IMG/VR virus record: IMGVR_UViG_3300045988_127389
Span: 58,908-122,907 of that record
Origin: a virus
Reading direction: 5' to 3' (one strand)
DNA: 64,000 nucleotides
Positions within the stretch are counted from its first letter, which is position 1. The number at the start of each line of letters is the position of its first letter. The translations under genes and the position numbers were made by a program. This document shows positions 37,781 to 47,192 of the stretch, in pieces. The notes below the pieces were generated by a model. That model was not told where the DNA came from and did no database searches. It was given only the letters and a program-made list of their open reading frames with translations.

Positions 37781-39043
37781 TTAATTACAGTTGGCAGTAT
37801 ATCTAGCATCTTCACCAGCGCCAAGATAACGAGAAACAAAATTCGGTAACGATGCAAAATTTTCAGAGATAACGTTTGCGAAATCAATTACACCAGTCAC
37901 GCTTTCACGTCCATCCATAATATAATGAATTTTCTTATTATCGCACTGGTCAACAGCGTTGATGACAAACGATAAGTTGAAGTCTCCTTCAACAAATTGT
38001 GTCACGCTCAGGTCACGCATAACGCGACCAACAAACCTATCAACGTCAAACATAGCATATCTGATGCTACCTTGCCATTCGTTGTGTACGTTTGTATTAT
38101 CAATAATTTTTGTGCTTAGATTATTTACATCAGTCTCACCCGGAAGAATACCAGCACCATGTCGAGTTGTATACCAACGTGTAGTATAACAAATCTCAAT
38201 GTCGAACTCGTCCATACTCTTTACATCGAAACCATCTAAAACATTAAAATCTGAACTGAGTCCGGTATATGTCGGAGTCGTATTCTCGCCCTGCTCGTAG
38301 TATTTCTGCGAAATTGCAAGCCCCTGCGCATTTTCAAGCACAATCCGCTTATATTTTGCGCTAAGTTCAGTTTTAGTGAACTTTTTTACCGTAACGTGTT
38401 TGATAAAGAAAGCTAAGTCGCTCAAGAAAGACAACACATAATCTTTCTCAAAATTGTTGATGAACTGCTCCGGGATGTCACGGCCATCAAGAACCTCATG
38501 TAAACGCGCAGGAACGTAATCCATACAAATAATATCCAACTTTTCTGCAATCGGAATCCAATCGTTTTCTTCGTTTGCTTTCTGAATTTCTCTTACAGTA
38601 ATTGCATATTTTGGCTCTCTACTACGAATAATAGCTTCATAAACGCCAAGACCACAAGAACCGAAACGACCATCTCCAAGCGCAGTTTCCCAACACTGGT
38701 TAATTAAAGCGTCCCAAGGCGTAGCAATGAAACAGTTTTCATCAACATATACATTCGGAGTAAAACCAAGTTCACGCAGTTCATCCCACTCCGTAGAAAA
38801 TACCATAGGATTTACCTGAAAAATTTCACTGATAATAGTATCAGCACCGTTCATAGTTCCAGAACCGAAATGATGAAAAATGTGACGCTTATCTCCCTTT
38901 ACAACAGTATGACCTCGCTGTGCTCCTCCATTTGTGAGCACGACCGCCATATCGCCGTTCTTGCATTCACGAGTAAAGTAGTCAACAGTTCTACCTTTCC
39001 CCTCGTCACCATACTGTGCGCCAATCACAATCTTAATGTCCAT
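37781..39043 (-). CDS. adenylosuccinate synthetase homologue (PurA/PurZ family)
   Basis: GAQYGDEGKGR P-loop and NGGAQRGHTV segment match PurA. The start is trimmed to the Met downstream of the promoter at 39078-39106, which has an AGGAGGG RBS. Confidence 0.7.
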   Translation of the reverse strand: MDIKIVIGAQYGDEGKGRTVDYFTRECKNGDMAVVLTNGGAQRGHTVVKGDKRHIFHHFGSGTMNGADTIISEIFQVNPMVFSTEWDELRELGFTPNVYVDENCFIATPWDALINQCWETALGDGRFGSCGLGVYEAIIRSREPKYAITVREIQKANEENDWIPIAEKLDIICMDYVPARLHEVLDGRDIPEQFINNFEKDYVLSFLSDLAFFIKHVTVKKFTKTELSAKYKRIVLENAQGLAISQKYYEQGENTTPTYTGLSSDFNVLDGFDVKSMDEFDIEICYTTRWYTTRHGAGILPGETDVNNLSTKIIDNTNVHNEWQGSIRYAMFDVDRFVGRVMRDLSVTQFVEGDFNLSFVINAVDQCDNKKIHYIMDGRESVTGVIDFANVISENFASLPNFVSRYLGAGEDARYTANCN

Positions 39044-39077
39044 ATAAACCCTCCTGTCAAGCATCTTTGACATCATT

Positions 39078-39106
39078 ATTATATCATAGACGCTAGGAAA
39101 AGTCAA
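39078..39106 (-). promoter_or_regulatory. sigma70-type consensus promoter upstream of PurA/PurZ-like gene
   Basis: AAACCCCTTGACT-17-TATAAT. Confidence 0.6.
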
Positions 39107-39123
39107 GGGGTTTTGCAAAATAA

Positions 39124-39148
39124 AAAGCGTGGATTTCTCCACGCTAAA
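39124..39148 (-). terminator. terminator hairpin (GCGTGGATTTCTCCACGC)
   Basis: The same hairpin recurs at 63785-63802, each time with a T-run on the minus strand. Confidence 0.5.
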
Positions 39149-39158
39149 TCGTTAGATT

Positions 39159-40121
39159 TTAGAACTCGACCAAGCCATTGACTGCGGTAGCAGTGTTATT
39201 TCCAGTTGTTACCAGTCCTTCGAGGGCCTTACGGACAACGATTCCAGTAGAACCATCCCAGCTATTACAGATATCGTCAATATCCTTGCCAGCCAGTGCT
39301 TCCAGAATGGAAACAACGATTTCAGCAATCTTGTTATAGTCTGACACATGGACTGCACGTTCGCCCAGAAGTTCACCAAAGCTGTCATCGACAAGGCTTG
39401 TATCGTGATAACGATAACGATTAGAATAGTAGTTGCCCTGCTCGATAATCAGATGAAAAACATCCCAATCACGACTAACTGCATTCAGCAGCTCTTCGGA
39501 ACTAATGCTATCCTCTTCGATAGTAGTTCCAAACACCTTCTGAATCTGCTTACGAGTAAGCTTATCAGGACACGGCTCGTCACCCATAGTAATCAAAATA
39601 CCCTTCTTATGACGCTTTTCAATTGCATCCGCACTAACATAATTGGTTGCAAAATACCAAGGAAGCGTATAAGACTCCTGACTATTGCCACCACCGTTTC
39701 CTTCATACCATACCTTCTGCAAAGCCTCTGCAATGCGAATGTCGCTCTCAAACTGGCTTACCTGAAGCGGTGCGCGGTCATAGTCAGCATCACCAACAGC
39801 CATAAAGCAAACCTGCGGGTCAGTAATGGAACCACGATTGTAAATCTCCTGCATCAGAGTATTCAAATTCATGATGACAGAACGCAGAACAGGCGACATA
39901 GAACCAGTAACATCAAGAGCAATGATAATAGGTGTACTGTTCGGATTATCATTGCTGTCACGAGATTCACGAACAGTAATGTTCTTCGGATTCATGTCAT
40001 CAGGCATAGCCGTAGACTGATACAAACTGGACGAACCGCCGCCAGAAACACTCGTCTTGTTAGTGACATTGCGTGTAGAGTAGCTATCCCAGCTAGATGC
40101 GTCCCAATGAGAATATCCCAT
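39159..40121 (-). CDS. von Willebrand factor A domain protein
   Basis: MIDAS DVTGSM with a downstream vWA-like fold pattern. Confidence 0.55.
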   Translation of the reverse strand: MGYSHWDASSWDSYSTRNVTNKTSVSGGGSSSLYQSTAMPDDMNPKNITVRESRDSNDNPNSTPIIIALDVTGSMSPVLRSVIMNLNTLMQEIYNRGSITDPQVCFMAVGDADYDRAPLQVSQFESDIRIAEALQKVWYEGNGGGNSQESYTLPWYFATNYVSADAIEKRHKKGILITMGDEPCPDKLTRKQIQKVFGTTIEEDSISSEELLNAVSRDWDVFHLIIEQGNYYSNRYRYHDTSLVDDSFGELLGERAVHVSDYNKIAEIVVSILEALAGKDIDDICNSWDGSTGIVVRKALEGLVTTGNNTATAVNGLVEF

Positions 40122-40137
40122 ATTTTTCTCCTTATAA

Positions 40138-41151
40138 TTAAACTTTAATTTTACCCATTTCTGGATTCATTTTTGTAAACGTGCGTTTTCCAAATGCCGC
40201 ATCAAGCGACATTTCCCATCTTTTCATTTCTGTAGGCGGGTATTCACCAGACCCAGTTCTTAGCCATATCATAATCTGGTCTGGAACTGTTGCGTCTGAA
40301 ATTTTTGAAGTGCATCCAAGCAACTTAATCCCAAGCATCTTAATACATTCCATATCAGTGCTTTTCTTAGATTTCTTGTTGCGCTTCGCAGACGGAGGCA
40401 TAACATCATACACTTCGCTGCTAACACCAATCATCTTCGTATCAACAGGGCGTGTATACCACCATCCACCGTATAACATAACTCCATGTTTTTCAATATC
40501 AACAAAACAACTGTTAATGTCAATACCATTATGAACAACATTGTTATACGACAAAAAGCAAGCAAGATTAAGTAAGCGTGAAATTACCCAAGCTGTGTGC
40601 TTAATAGGAATCTTATTATTGAAATTATTCCATACCTCAGAAAGAGGAACACAACCATGTTCACGTTTAATGATAATCACACACTCGTCATTATTCTCGA
40701 AATTTTGAACAATATGCGGCAATGCGTAATCAACACTCTGCATCATATCTCTAGGGCACGAAAACCTAATTGAAGTAATATAGTTATCATAATACTTCTT
40801 ATACTGCCTTGGAATGACATATACAATATGGTTATTACATAAATACATCTTCCCAAGTTCAAAACCGTACTCTTTCAGATACGATACGATAAGCGTTTTA
40901 CCGTTCGGTTTGTTTAAACGAATCTTATTAGATTCTTCCCATGTACCTCTAGCGATTAAACCTGTGGCCTTTTCATAGAGCATCACAATTTTCGAGGTTA
41001 CTTCTTGATAAGTCATCTCGCCATTGTGAAAATCTGGATGAAACATCTTTAAGTATTCACGATACTCTGCCTTTAAAATTGAAGGGTTGTTCGTAAATAC
41101 GTCATCTACAGACATCGCTTTTAATACATCATCGACTGTCTTACACTTCAC
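40138..41151 (-). CDS. hypothetical protein with J-domain-like HPD motif
   Basis: N-terminal EYLKMFHPDFHNGE resembles DnaJ J-domain helix II/III. The remainder is unassigned, with a weak kinase-like HNGIDIN segment. Confidence 0.35.
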   Translation of the reverse strand: MKCKTVDDVLKAMSVDDVFTNNPSILKAEYREYLKMFHPDFHNGEMTYQEVTSKIVMLYEKATGLIARGTWEESNKIRLNKPNGKTLIVSYLKEYGFELGKMYLCNNHIVYVIPRQYKKYYDNYITSIRFSCPRDMMQSVDYALPHIVQNFENNDECVIIIKREHGCVPLSEVWNNFNNKIPIKHTAWVISRLLNLACFLSYNNVVHNGIDINSCFVDIEKHGVMLYGGWWYTRPVDTKMIGVSSEVYDVMPPSAKRNKKSKKSTDMECIKMLGIKLLGCTSKISDATVPDQIMIWLRTGSGEYPPTEMKRWEMSLDAAFGKRTFTKMNPEMGKIKV

Positions 41152-41174
41152 TCTATCCCTCCGTTTCTGTTGCT

Positions 41175-41203
41175 ATTATACACCCAAAATCTCGGATTGT
41201 CAA
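41175..41203 (-). promoter_or_regulatory. sigma70-type consensus promoter
   Basis: AAACCACTTGACA-17-TATAAT. Confidence 0.6.
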
Positions 41204-41231
41204 GTGGTTTCACTAAAAAATATGCACAATT

Positions 41232-42038
41232 TTACTCTTTTGCCTTATCGCAATTTTGGTCAAAATCACGGTACAGGATGTACTTCTTTACGACACCATT
41301 AGCAAATGAAATAGCATCAAACCAATTAGGAACACTTGGCTCATCTTTTGTCGGTGGTTCAATGATTTTAGTTTTATCAAAAAACTGCCCACTATCAAGA
41401 ACGCCGCTCTTTACATTGCCGATAAAACATCTTTCAGACAAATCGGCAATGTAAAATTCTGGGCACGCTTTTAGCCGTGCATTATCTTTGTTCATAAGCT
41501 GATTATAGAGATTCTTTAATCGCAACGCTTCATACATCCGCTTCGACTGTCTTTTCACCTCATCGTCTGCACAAGAGTTTCTTTCATAGTCATTTAAGAT
41601 ATTGTGAATAGCACCATATACTGCGTTCTGATAGTGCCACAAATACCTTTCGTAAATTTCCTGTCTGACATTATAAAAATCCCTAAAAGAGTCATCCACA
41701 ATAACATAATCAGAAAATAGTGCTTCAAGATTAACAAAACTGCCCTTTGCCAGCTGTTTTGCGAAATCACGAATATCCATCAGTTTTACCTGACCATCAT
41801 CATAGGTATCAGGTGAAAACTCTGTTGATGTCAATGTCTTTACTTCCGTCTTACCACTAATTAACCCATCAAGTGAAGGCATAGTAGCCATTACGCAATC
41901 AATGTCCGAATCGCTATCATCAAGGCCATAATTCTGACTACCAAACAACCCGACAAAAGCTACCTTGCATTTTCTATTTAGTTCAATATATTCTTTTCTA
42001 AACTTTAATTTCGCTAAGATTCTCTGGTGTTTACCCAT
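41232..42038 (-). CDS. Pol-beta superfamily nucleotidyltransferase
   Basis: GLFGSQNYGLDDSDSDID matches the GS...G...SDxD NTase signature. Confidence 0.55.
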   Translation of the reverse strand: MGKHQRILAKLKFRKEYIELNRKCKVAFVGLFGSQNYGLDDSDSDIDCVMATMPSLDGLISGKTEVKTLTSTEFSPDTYDDGQVKLMDIRDFAKQLAKGSFVNLEALFSDYVIVDDSFRDFYNVRQEIYERYLWHYQNAVYGAIHNILNDYERNSCADDEVKRQSKRMYEALRLKNLYNQLMNKDNARLKACPEFYIADLSERCFIGNVKSGVLDSGQFFDKTKIIEPPTKDEPSVPNWFDAISFANGVVKKYILYRDFDQNCDKAKE

Positions 42039-42399
42039 TCAATCTACTCCTTTCTGCCATCAGCCATACATCCGGTGACAGTTTTGTATAAAACTCCCCG
42101 TAAGCGTTACTGTTAAAAAATTTTTCCTGACTTTCAAGAGATAAGGACTCGATGTAATCAAACATATCATCTTCATTCTTATACTCAAGCAAATCTTCGT
42201 CTGTTGCATCACTGCTCTCAGAAAGTTCCTTGTTTGTTACCGCAACAATAGAAGTAAATGGACTAGCGCTCAAGCATTTCTTACAGAGAAAAACTCTCGT
42301 CCCCCAACCATCAAACCTACTGCCATATTTAAGCGGCAAAATATCAACACCTTCAACATCAACTGTAGTTCCACAATTCATACACTTTTCATTATTCAT
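42031..42399 (-). CDS. zinc-ribbon protein (122 aa)
   Basis: CMNCG...CKKC motifs. Confidence 0.4.
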   Translation of the reverse strand: MNNEKCMNCGTTVDVEGVDILPLKYGSRFDGWGTRVFLCKKCLSASPFTSIVAVTNKELSESSDATDEDLLEYKNEDDMFDYIESLSLESQEKFFNSNAYGEFYTKLSPDVWLMAERSRLNG

Positions 42400-42623
42400 T
42401 TTTTACCGCCAATCTTGAAATGTCTCACATAATATGTGAAGCGTTCATTAAATTCTTCTTCGGTTAATTCTTTGTTAAAAATAACTTTCATTAGATTTGA
42501 TATTGTCATTTTATAATGACCATCAAAAGAAAACTCTGTAATATCGCATTCAGCATTAACGAAATAAATTACTTCGCCATTATTTATCTTATTTACCAAC
42601 TGCTCGTAGGTATAATATGCCAT
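42396..42623 (-). CDS. hypothetical protein (75 aa)
   Basis: ORF. Confidence 0.35.
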   Translation of the reverse strand: MAYYTYEQLVNKINNGEVIYFVNAECDITEFSFDGHYKMTISNLMKVIFNKELTEEEFNERFTYYVRHFKIGGKK

Positions 42624-42687
42624 TTAATAAATAACGCCGACTTTTCTTCACATTAAAGACAGTATCGGCGTTTCTCCTTATTTTAGA

Positions 42688-43809
42688 TTATTCGTCATGC
42701 TTCATCATATACTTACGGCTAACATTCTTAAAAGAGCGCTGACCGTCAAGACTACGATAAACCCAACCTTCACGCAAGCCAGTGCCAACAATACACTCAC
42801 CATCAGCATCCAGCTTTAAAGTCTCCATATCATCGGGTAAGATATAATGCTCATCTGCGATAGGAACCCAATCAATTCCATTAGCATTACAAATCTTCTT
42901 TGCATCCAAAGAATTGATACGCCCAACGTCAGAACGAATCAAATTGTAACCAAAGAAACGTACTTCACCATACTTGTGAGGATTACCCTGAAGATTAGGG
43001 CCAGCGGTTTCACCCTGCAATGCCGCATACTTTAGGTTATTATCCTTGATGTAACGCTTCAAGAACTCATCAATATGATACTTGTCGTTCATATCCCAGT
43101 ATACATTGGATTCAGAATTTCCACCCTTGTTATGCCAAGTGAACTGCTTACGGTCAAGCTGACGTACATTACGAGAACATACATAATACTCCCAACGACC
43201 AAACGGCTTCTTTTCCATGATATACGTAGAAGAAGTTCCGTCAATCTTCTGTGTCTTAATCCAAGGCTCTTTGTCCTTCAGAATAAATGGCATATTCTCA
43301 ACGCGCTCTTCATCCGACTTCTTTACGTATTCAAACTTAGTAGGGAACTTGCGAGGATTAGTTACCTTCTTTCCAGTAAAGAAATTCTTAACACGCTCAA
43401 AGAAAGTCAATTTCTTTTCAACCACATCCGACTTACGAGCATTATCCTCTTCGACAGAATAGCGAATCTTCAAAATATCAGTAACATCGTCACCGATATT
43501 TGCGTCCTTTAATTCGTCAAATGCACTCACAGGCATAATCAAGCCCTGAGAGTATACCTTACACATCTTAATGCACTTAACCTTATAGTCACGCTTTGCC
43601 ATAAAAGCAAACCGAGGGTCATCTGCATTTACCTTAGAGTCAACCTCAAAATAAACACACTTATCTCCGGGCTTAAACTGGTCAGCCTTGGAAACAATGA
43701 TACCCCATCCCCCTACTCTAGCGTACTCTACCCTATCATATCCCTGTAACGGTTCGATATCATCAATCTTAGTTACGTATGCTAATGCACGTTTACCGTT
43801 AATAATCAT
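42688..43809 (-). CDS. ATP-dependent RNA ligase-like nucleotidyltransferase (KxDG family) with N-terminal extension
   Basis: Motif I QKIDGTS, motif III GETAG, motif IV EGWVYR, motif V FKNVSRK. The roughly 180-aa N-terminal domain is as in Rnl5/DraRnl-type RNA ligases. Confidence 0.5.
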   Translation of the reverse strand: MIINGKRALAYVTKIDDIEPLQGYDRVEYARVGGWGIIVSKADQFKPGDKCVYFEVDSKVNADDPRFAFMAKRDYKVKCIKMCKVYSQGLIMPVSAFDELKDANIGDDVTDILKIRYSVEEDNARKSDVVEKKLTFFERVKNFFTGKKVTNPRKFPTKFEYVKKSDEERVENMPFILKDKEPWIKTQKIDGTSSTYIMEKKPFGRWEYYVCSRNVRQLDRKQFTWHNKGGNSESNVYWDMNDKYHIDEFLKRYIKDNNLKYAALQGETAGPNLQGNPHKYGEVRFFGYNLIRSDVGRINSLDAKKICNANGIDWVPIADEHYILPDDMETLKLDADGECIVGTGLREGWVYRSLDGQRSFKNVSRKYMMKHDE

Positions 43810-44256
43810 ATATTTAACCTATCCTTTCTACTTATCAAATAAAGCTATTCTTACATTGTGATGCGCCCTTTGTTTACCGCTGACGCGGTAAGGCACAAAG
43901 CTCTCTTACCATTGACAATCATAACAATTTATCCTTTCGTGTTAATCTATTATTTATTGCTATCTATCTCTTATTATAGCAAATTGTCCTTTACTAACAA
44001 GCATTGATAAATGACACAGTGCAAGCTATTTTTTGTATGACACAATTTTAAGGATAATTACACTACCAATATGGGATTGGTGCAACCAACAAATTATTGG
44101 CATATTTGCAGTTTCGACATGGGCCATGCACAAGTCAAATCTAACCACAAAATTTCAAAAATGTATATCGTTATAATTCTTCATAATATGAAGGGCGACG
44201 TATTACATTTTGTTTTTACTTTACAATTTTTGTTTTTACTTTTACTTTTTTAAAAT

Positions 44257-44439
44257 TCATTTCACGCTATACGGCCTAATATCGTAAGCGTAAAATTCAG
44301 TACCACAACCATGGATATCAACATATTTGCCATCTAAAAGCACAGCCATCTTAGTTACGTCTACAGTACCGTAGCCACACTTCTCACCGATAACAAATAC
44401 ACATCCACCATGATGTTGCATAATTTCAGAGAACGTCAA
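44257..44439 (-). CDS. hypothetical protein (60 aa)
   Basis: Small ORF. Confidence 0.25.
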   Translation of the reverse strand: MTFSEIMQHHGGCVFVIGEKCGYGTVDVTKMAVLLDGKYVDIHGCGTEFYAYDIRPYSVK

Positions 44440-44514
44440 CGGGCAAATGCCCTCATCCTCTCTTATTACCTACACCATCTGTGCAAGTTTATAAGACTCC
44501 ATTAGATTCACCTC

Positions 44515-44946
44515 TCAATACAGAGGGAGATTACCAGTAATCGGGTCAATTACCCGTGAGTCCAATGGTTCAAACACAAGACAGGTATACGTTTTAACAC
44601 CATGAAATTCCGTAGTTCCGTTATCACGAACAAGCGTTGACAAAATCCCGGCATCATCTGCTTTCTTCTTTAGATTCAGAAGCTCCTCTTCGCTATCCAC
44701 ATAAAGACAAACCTTTGTATATGAATTAGAGAACCATTCTGACAGCGCGGAATCGCCATCAACAACTATCGTTCCATCGCCTACAGTATACCACGGCAAG
44801 CCGTCCCTGTCAAGGGCTTTTAGGATAATATTTACAGCACCGTGACAAGCCTGTGCGATAGCCTTACCTTTTCTCATGTGTAAGTCTCGCCTAACTACTA
44901 TGACCATCTTAGTCATCAGGGTAAACCACCTTCTCCACCTTATCAC
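44515..44946 (-). CDS. pth2: peptidyl-tRNA hydrolase, PTH2 (archaeal/eukaryotic type)
   Basis: MVIVVRRDLHMRKGKAIAQACHGAV matches the Pth2 N-terminal signature. The true start is probably an internal Met. Confidence 0.65.
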   Translation of the reverse strand: MIRWRRWFTLMTKMVIVVRRDLHMRKGKAIAQACHGAVNIILKALDRDGLPWYTVGDGTIVVDGDSALSEWFSNSYTKVCLYVDSEEELLNLKKKADDAGILSTLVRDNGTTEFHGVKTYTCLVFEPLDSRVIDPITGNLPLY

Positions 44947-45099
44947 TTGCTACATACAAACCACTGGAACACATCTTGTAAAAAGTTCCATACTTATTAT
45001 ATCGAACACCAACAACCTTGTCGATGCAAGAATATGCACAGGAATTGTCACGAACAATATCACCAATACTGATAAATCCCATTCTCATAATAATTCCTT

Positions 45100-45324
45100 T
45101 CATTCACAAAATTCGCTAACGATTGCCACAATTATACAAATGATAAGATAAAAGACTAGGACTACTGCAACAAACGCAAGCTCAATCCACATAGGAAAGA
45201 GCACAAGCAACCAAGGCCAATCAATCAAACCAAATGCTTTAAGCACAATCAAGACAATCTGCAATACACCTAAAAATCCAACACCACTTGTTGTAGTCTT
45301 TTTAGACACCAGCAAGCACCTCAC
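45100..45324 (-). CDS. small membrane protein
   Basis: 74 aa, two TM helices. Confidence 0.35.
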   Translation of the reverse strand: MRCLLVSKKTTTSGVGFLGVLQIVLIVLKAFGLIDWPWLLVLFPMWIELAFVAVVLVFYLIICIIVAIVSEFCE

Positions 45325-45772
45325 TTACAGCCTTTGCAATCAGCTTGCCATCTGCCATAGAACGCAAAGCGCCCATAGCAGCTTTCATTGCCTGTCCCTT
45401 ATTCATGCTAGAATCAACAAGCACTGAAACACGCGCCTTGATGTCATCATAAGACAGTTCTTCGGGCAAATAATCGGACAGAATTGCCAGTTCATCACGG
45501 CACTTTTCTGCCGTTTCTGCCCTATCACCCTTAATTGCGAACTCTAGCGTTTCGTTAATCTGCTTAATCTGCTTTTTTACTACAGAAATCATTTCGTCTG
45601 TAGTCAACATTCTACCAAGCTCAATTCTCTTATTCTGCATAGCGGCATACAAAAAACCAAGAGTATCAGCTACTCGCTTATTCTGAGACTTCTTTGCCAA
45701 GAACCAATCATCCTGAAATTTGTTAATGTCCTTCATTATTACACCACCTTGTAAATATTTTGATATACGCAA
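45302..45772 (-). CDS. GatB/YqeY domain protein
   Basis: Overall pattern matches YqeY. Conserved segments include LAKKSQNK, ISVVKKQIKQ and GDRAE. Confidence 0.5.
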   Translation of the reverse strand: MRISKYLQGGVIMKDINKFQDDWFLAKKSQNKRVADTLGFLYAAMQNKRIELGRMLTTDEMISVVKKQIKQINETLEFAIKGDRAETAEKCRDELAILSDYLPEELSYDDIKARVSVLVDSSMNKGQAMKAAMGALRSMADGKLIAKAVSEVLAGV

Positions 45773-46437
45773 GTATATTTGTTTCCATCTTTTACATCAA
45801 CATCACAATCCATGTGATAGTGACCAAAGTACCAATGGCTAAATTCGACATCCTCCGCGACAACTTTTTGTAAAAAGTTTGTTAGCTTATCATGTTTATA
45901 TTCACCATTGCCGATAACATCCATAACAGAATCTGGCGCACAATGGCTAATCACATAGTCGCATTTATAATTATTCTTTTTTAAGGTGTCGATTCCATAC
46001 TGATATTCCTTGTCTGACGGCATTTCTTCGGGCCACCAGTCAATACCTTTACGTCTACACCATTTATCATGACTCTGCGCTTTACCGAAGCTAAAGAATT
46101 TCTTCCCATCAAAATTATACATACCACCCTGCACAAAGCAGTAAATAAGGTCGTTAATTTTGTGTGCTTTGTCACCATGAAAATCAACCAAAGGATATTT
46201 TTCAATCATCGGATGACATTCGTGGTTTCCGGCACAGAAACAAGTAATGTATGGCCTACGCAAGAACCACTGTTGCCACCACCTATCACTAAACCCATCA
46301 TCCCATACAAAGCCAAAGTCTCCGCAGATAATAAGAGTGTCGCTTTCTGTTAGATTATTTGACTCAGGCCAATGACTAGGCGTAATCTTGTCAATATCAA
46401 TATACGAATGGGTATCACCTGTTACATATACTGACAT
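45739..46437 (-). CDS. calcineurin-like metallophosphoesterase
   Basis: GDTH, GDFGF and GNHE motifs. Confidence 0.65.
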   Translation of the reverse strand: MSVYVTGDTHSYIDIDKITPSHWPESNNLTESDTLIICGDFGFVWDDGFSDRWWQQWFLRRPYITCFCAGNHECHPMIEKYPLVDFHGDKAHKINDLIYCFVQGGMYNFDGKKFFSFGKAQSHDKWCRRKGIDWWPEEMPSDKEYQYGIDTLKKNNYKCDYVISHCAPDSVMDVIGNGEYKHDKLTNFLQKVVAEDVEFSHWYFGHYHMDCDVDVKDGNKYTCVYQNIYKVV

Positions 46438-46597
46438 AATTACTTACCTTTCTTATTTTTACGGACATAAGTTACAACTCTATATCCAGCCATAAGAAAC
46501 ATCATAACACCGGCAGTCATAAGAACTACCTCAAAAATCTTTGTAATAACGCACATATAGCACTTTCAACTCCTTTATATATGTCTTTTACACCAAT

Positions 46598-46626
46598 ATT
46601 ATATCAAAAAATATCAGGTTTGTCAA
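46598..46626 (-). promoter_or_regulatory. sigma70-type consensus promoter
   Basis: AACAGCTTGACA-17-TATAAT. Confidence 0.55.
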
Positions 46627-46665
46627 GCTGTTTTCAAAAATAAATGGGCGCATTGCGCCCACAGA

Positions 46666-47187
46666 TTAGTTCACAATAATGTTACAATTACGCATGACTG
46701 AGAAAGCCGCATTAGCTGCGTCCACAGTAGTACCCTCTGTTGCGGTGGAATCCACATATACCTCATTCTTGTAAAGTGCAGAACGAATCATCAGGGCGTT
46801 CGAGACAACACAAATATCGGCGCAAACACCGCAGATTTCAATTCTGTCGCCGGGAACGCAGTCACGGAGCAACGTATTCACAAGCTCTGTAGAACCAAAA
46901 GAATTTTTGTAAATGATAGTACAATCACGCCTATATAGCGCAAGAGCTAATCCCACCTTATCCACAAGCGCGTGTCCAGAAGTGCCATCAACACAATGGA
47001 TTGGGTATTTCTTAGATTCAGGCAATGTGTCATAACTATCTGCGCTATGGGTATCCATTGTCATATAAATCTTACACTTATTAGATTTATATTTTTCAAT
47101 CTTTTCTACCACGCGCTTAATCACTTCGTCGCTAGGATGAAAGTCGTTCTGCATATCAATAATAACAAGTTTATCAGACATACTCAA
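46666..47187 (-). CDS. isochorismatase-family cysteine hydrolase (PncA-like nicotinamidase)
   Basis: LVIIDMQNDF start and catalytic GVCADICV Cys motif. Confidence 0.6.
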   Translation of the reverse strand: MSMSDKLVIIDMQNDFHPSDEVIKRVVEKIEKYKSNKCKIYMTMDTHSADSYDTLPESKKYPIHCVDGTSGHALVDKVGLALALYRRDCTIIYKNSFGSTELVNTLLRDCVPGDRIEICGVCADICVVSNALMIRSALYKNEVYVDSTATEGTTVDAANAAFSVMRNCNIIVN

Positions 47188-47192
47188 TCTCC

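Noticed and set aside
39044-39142. N-terminal 33 codons of the track ORF for the PurA-like gene
   Set aside because: A consensus promoter (39078-39106) and a terminator hairpin (39126-39145) lie inside this extension. The Met at 39043 with an AGGAGGG RBS is the credible start.
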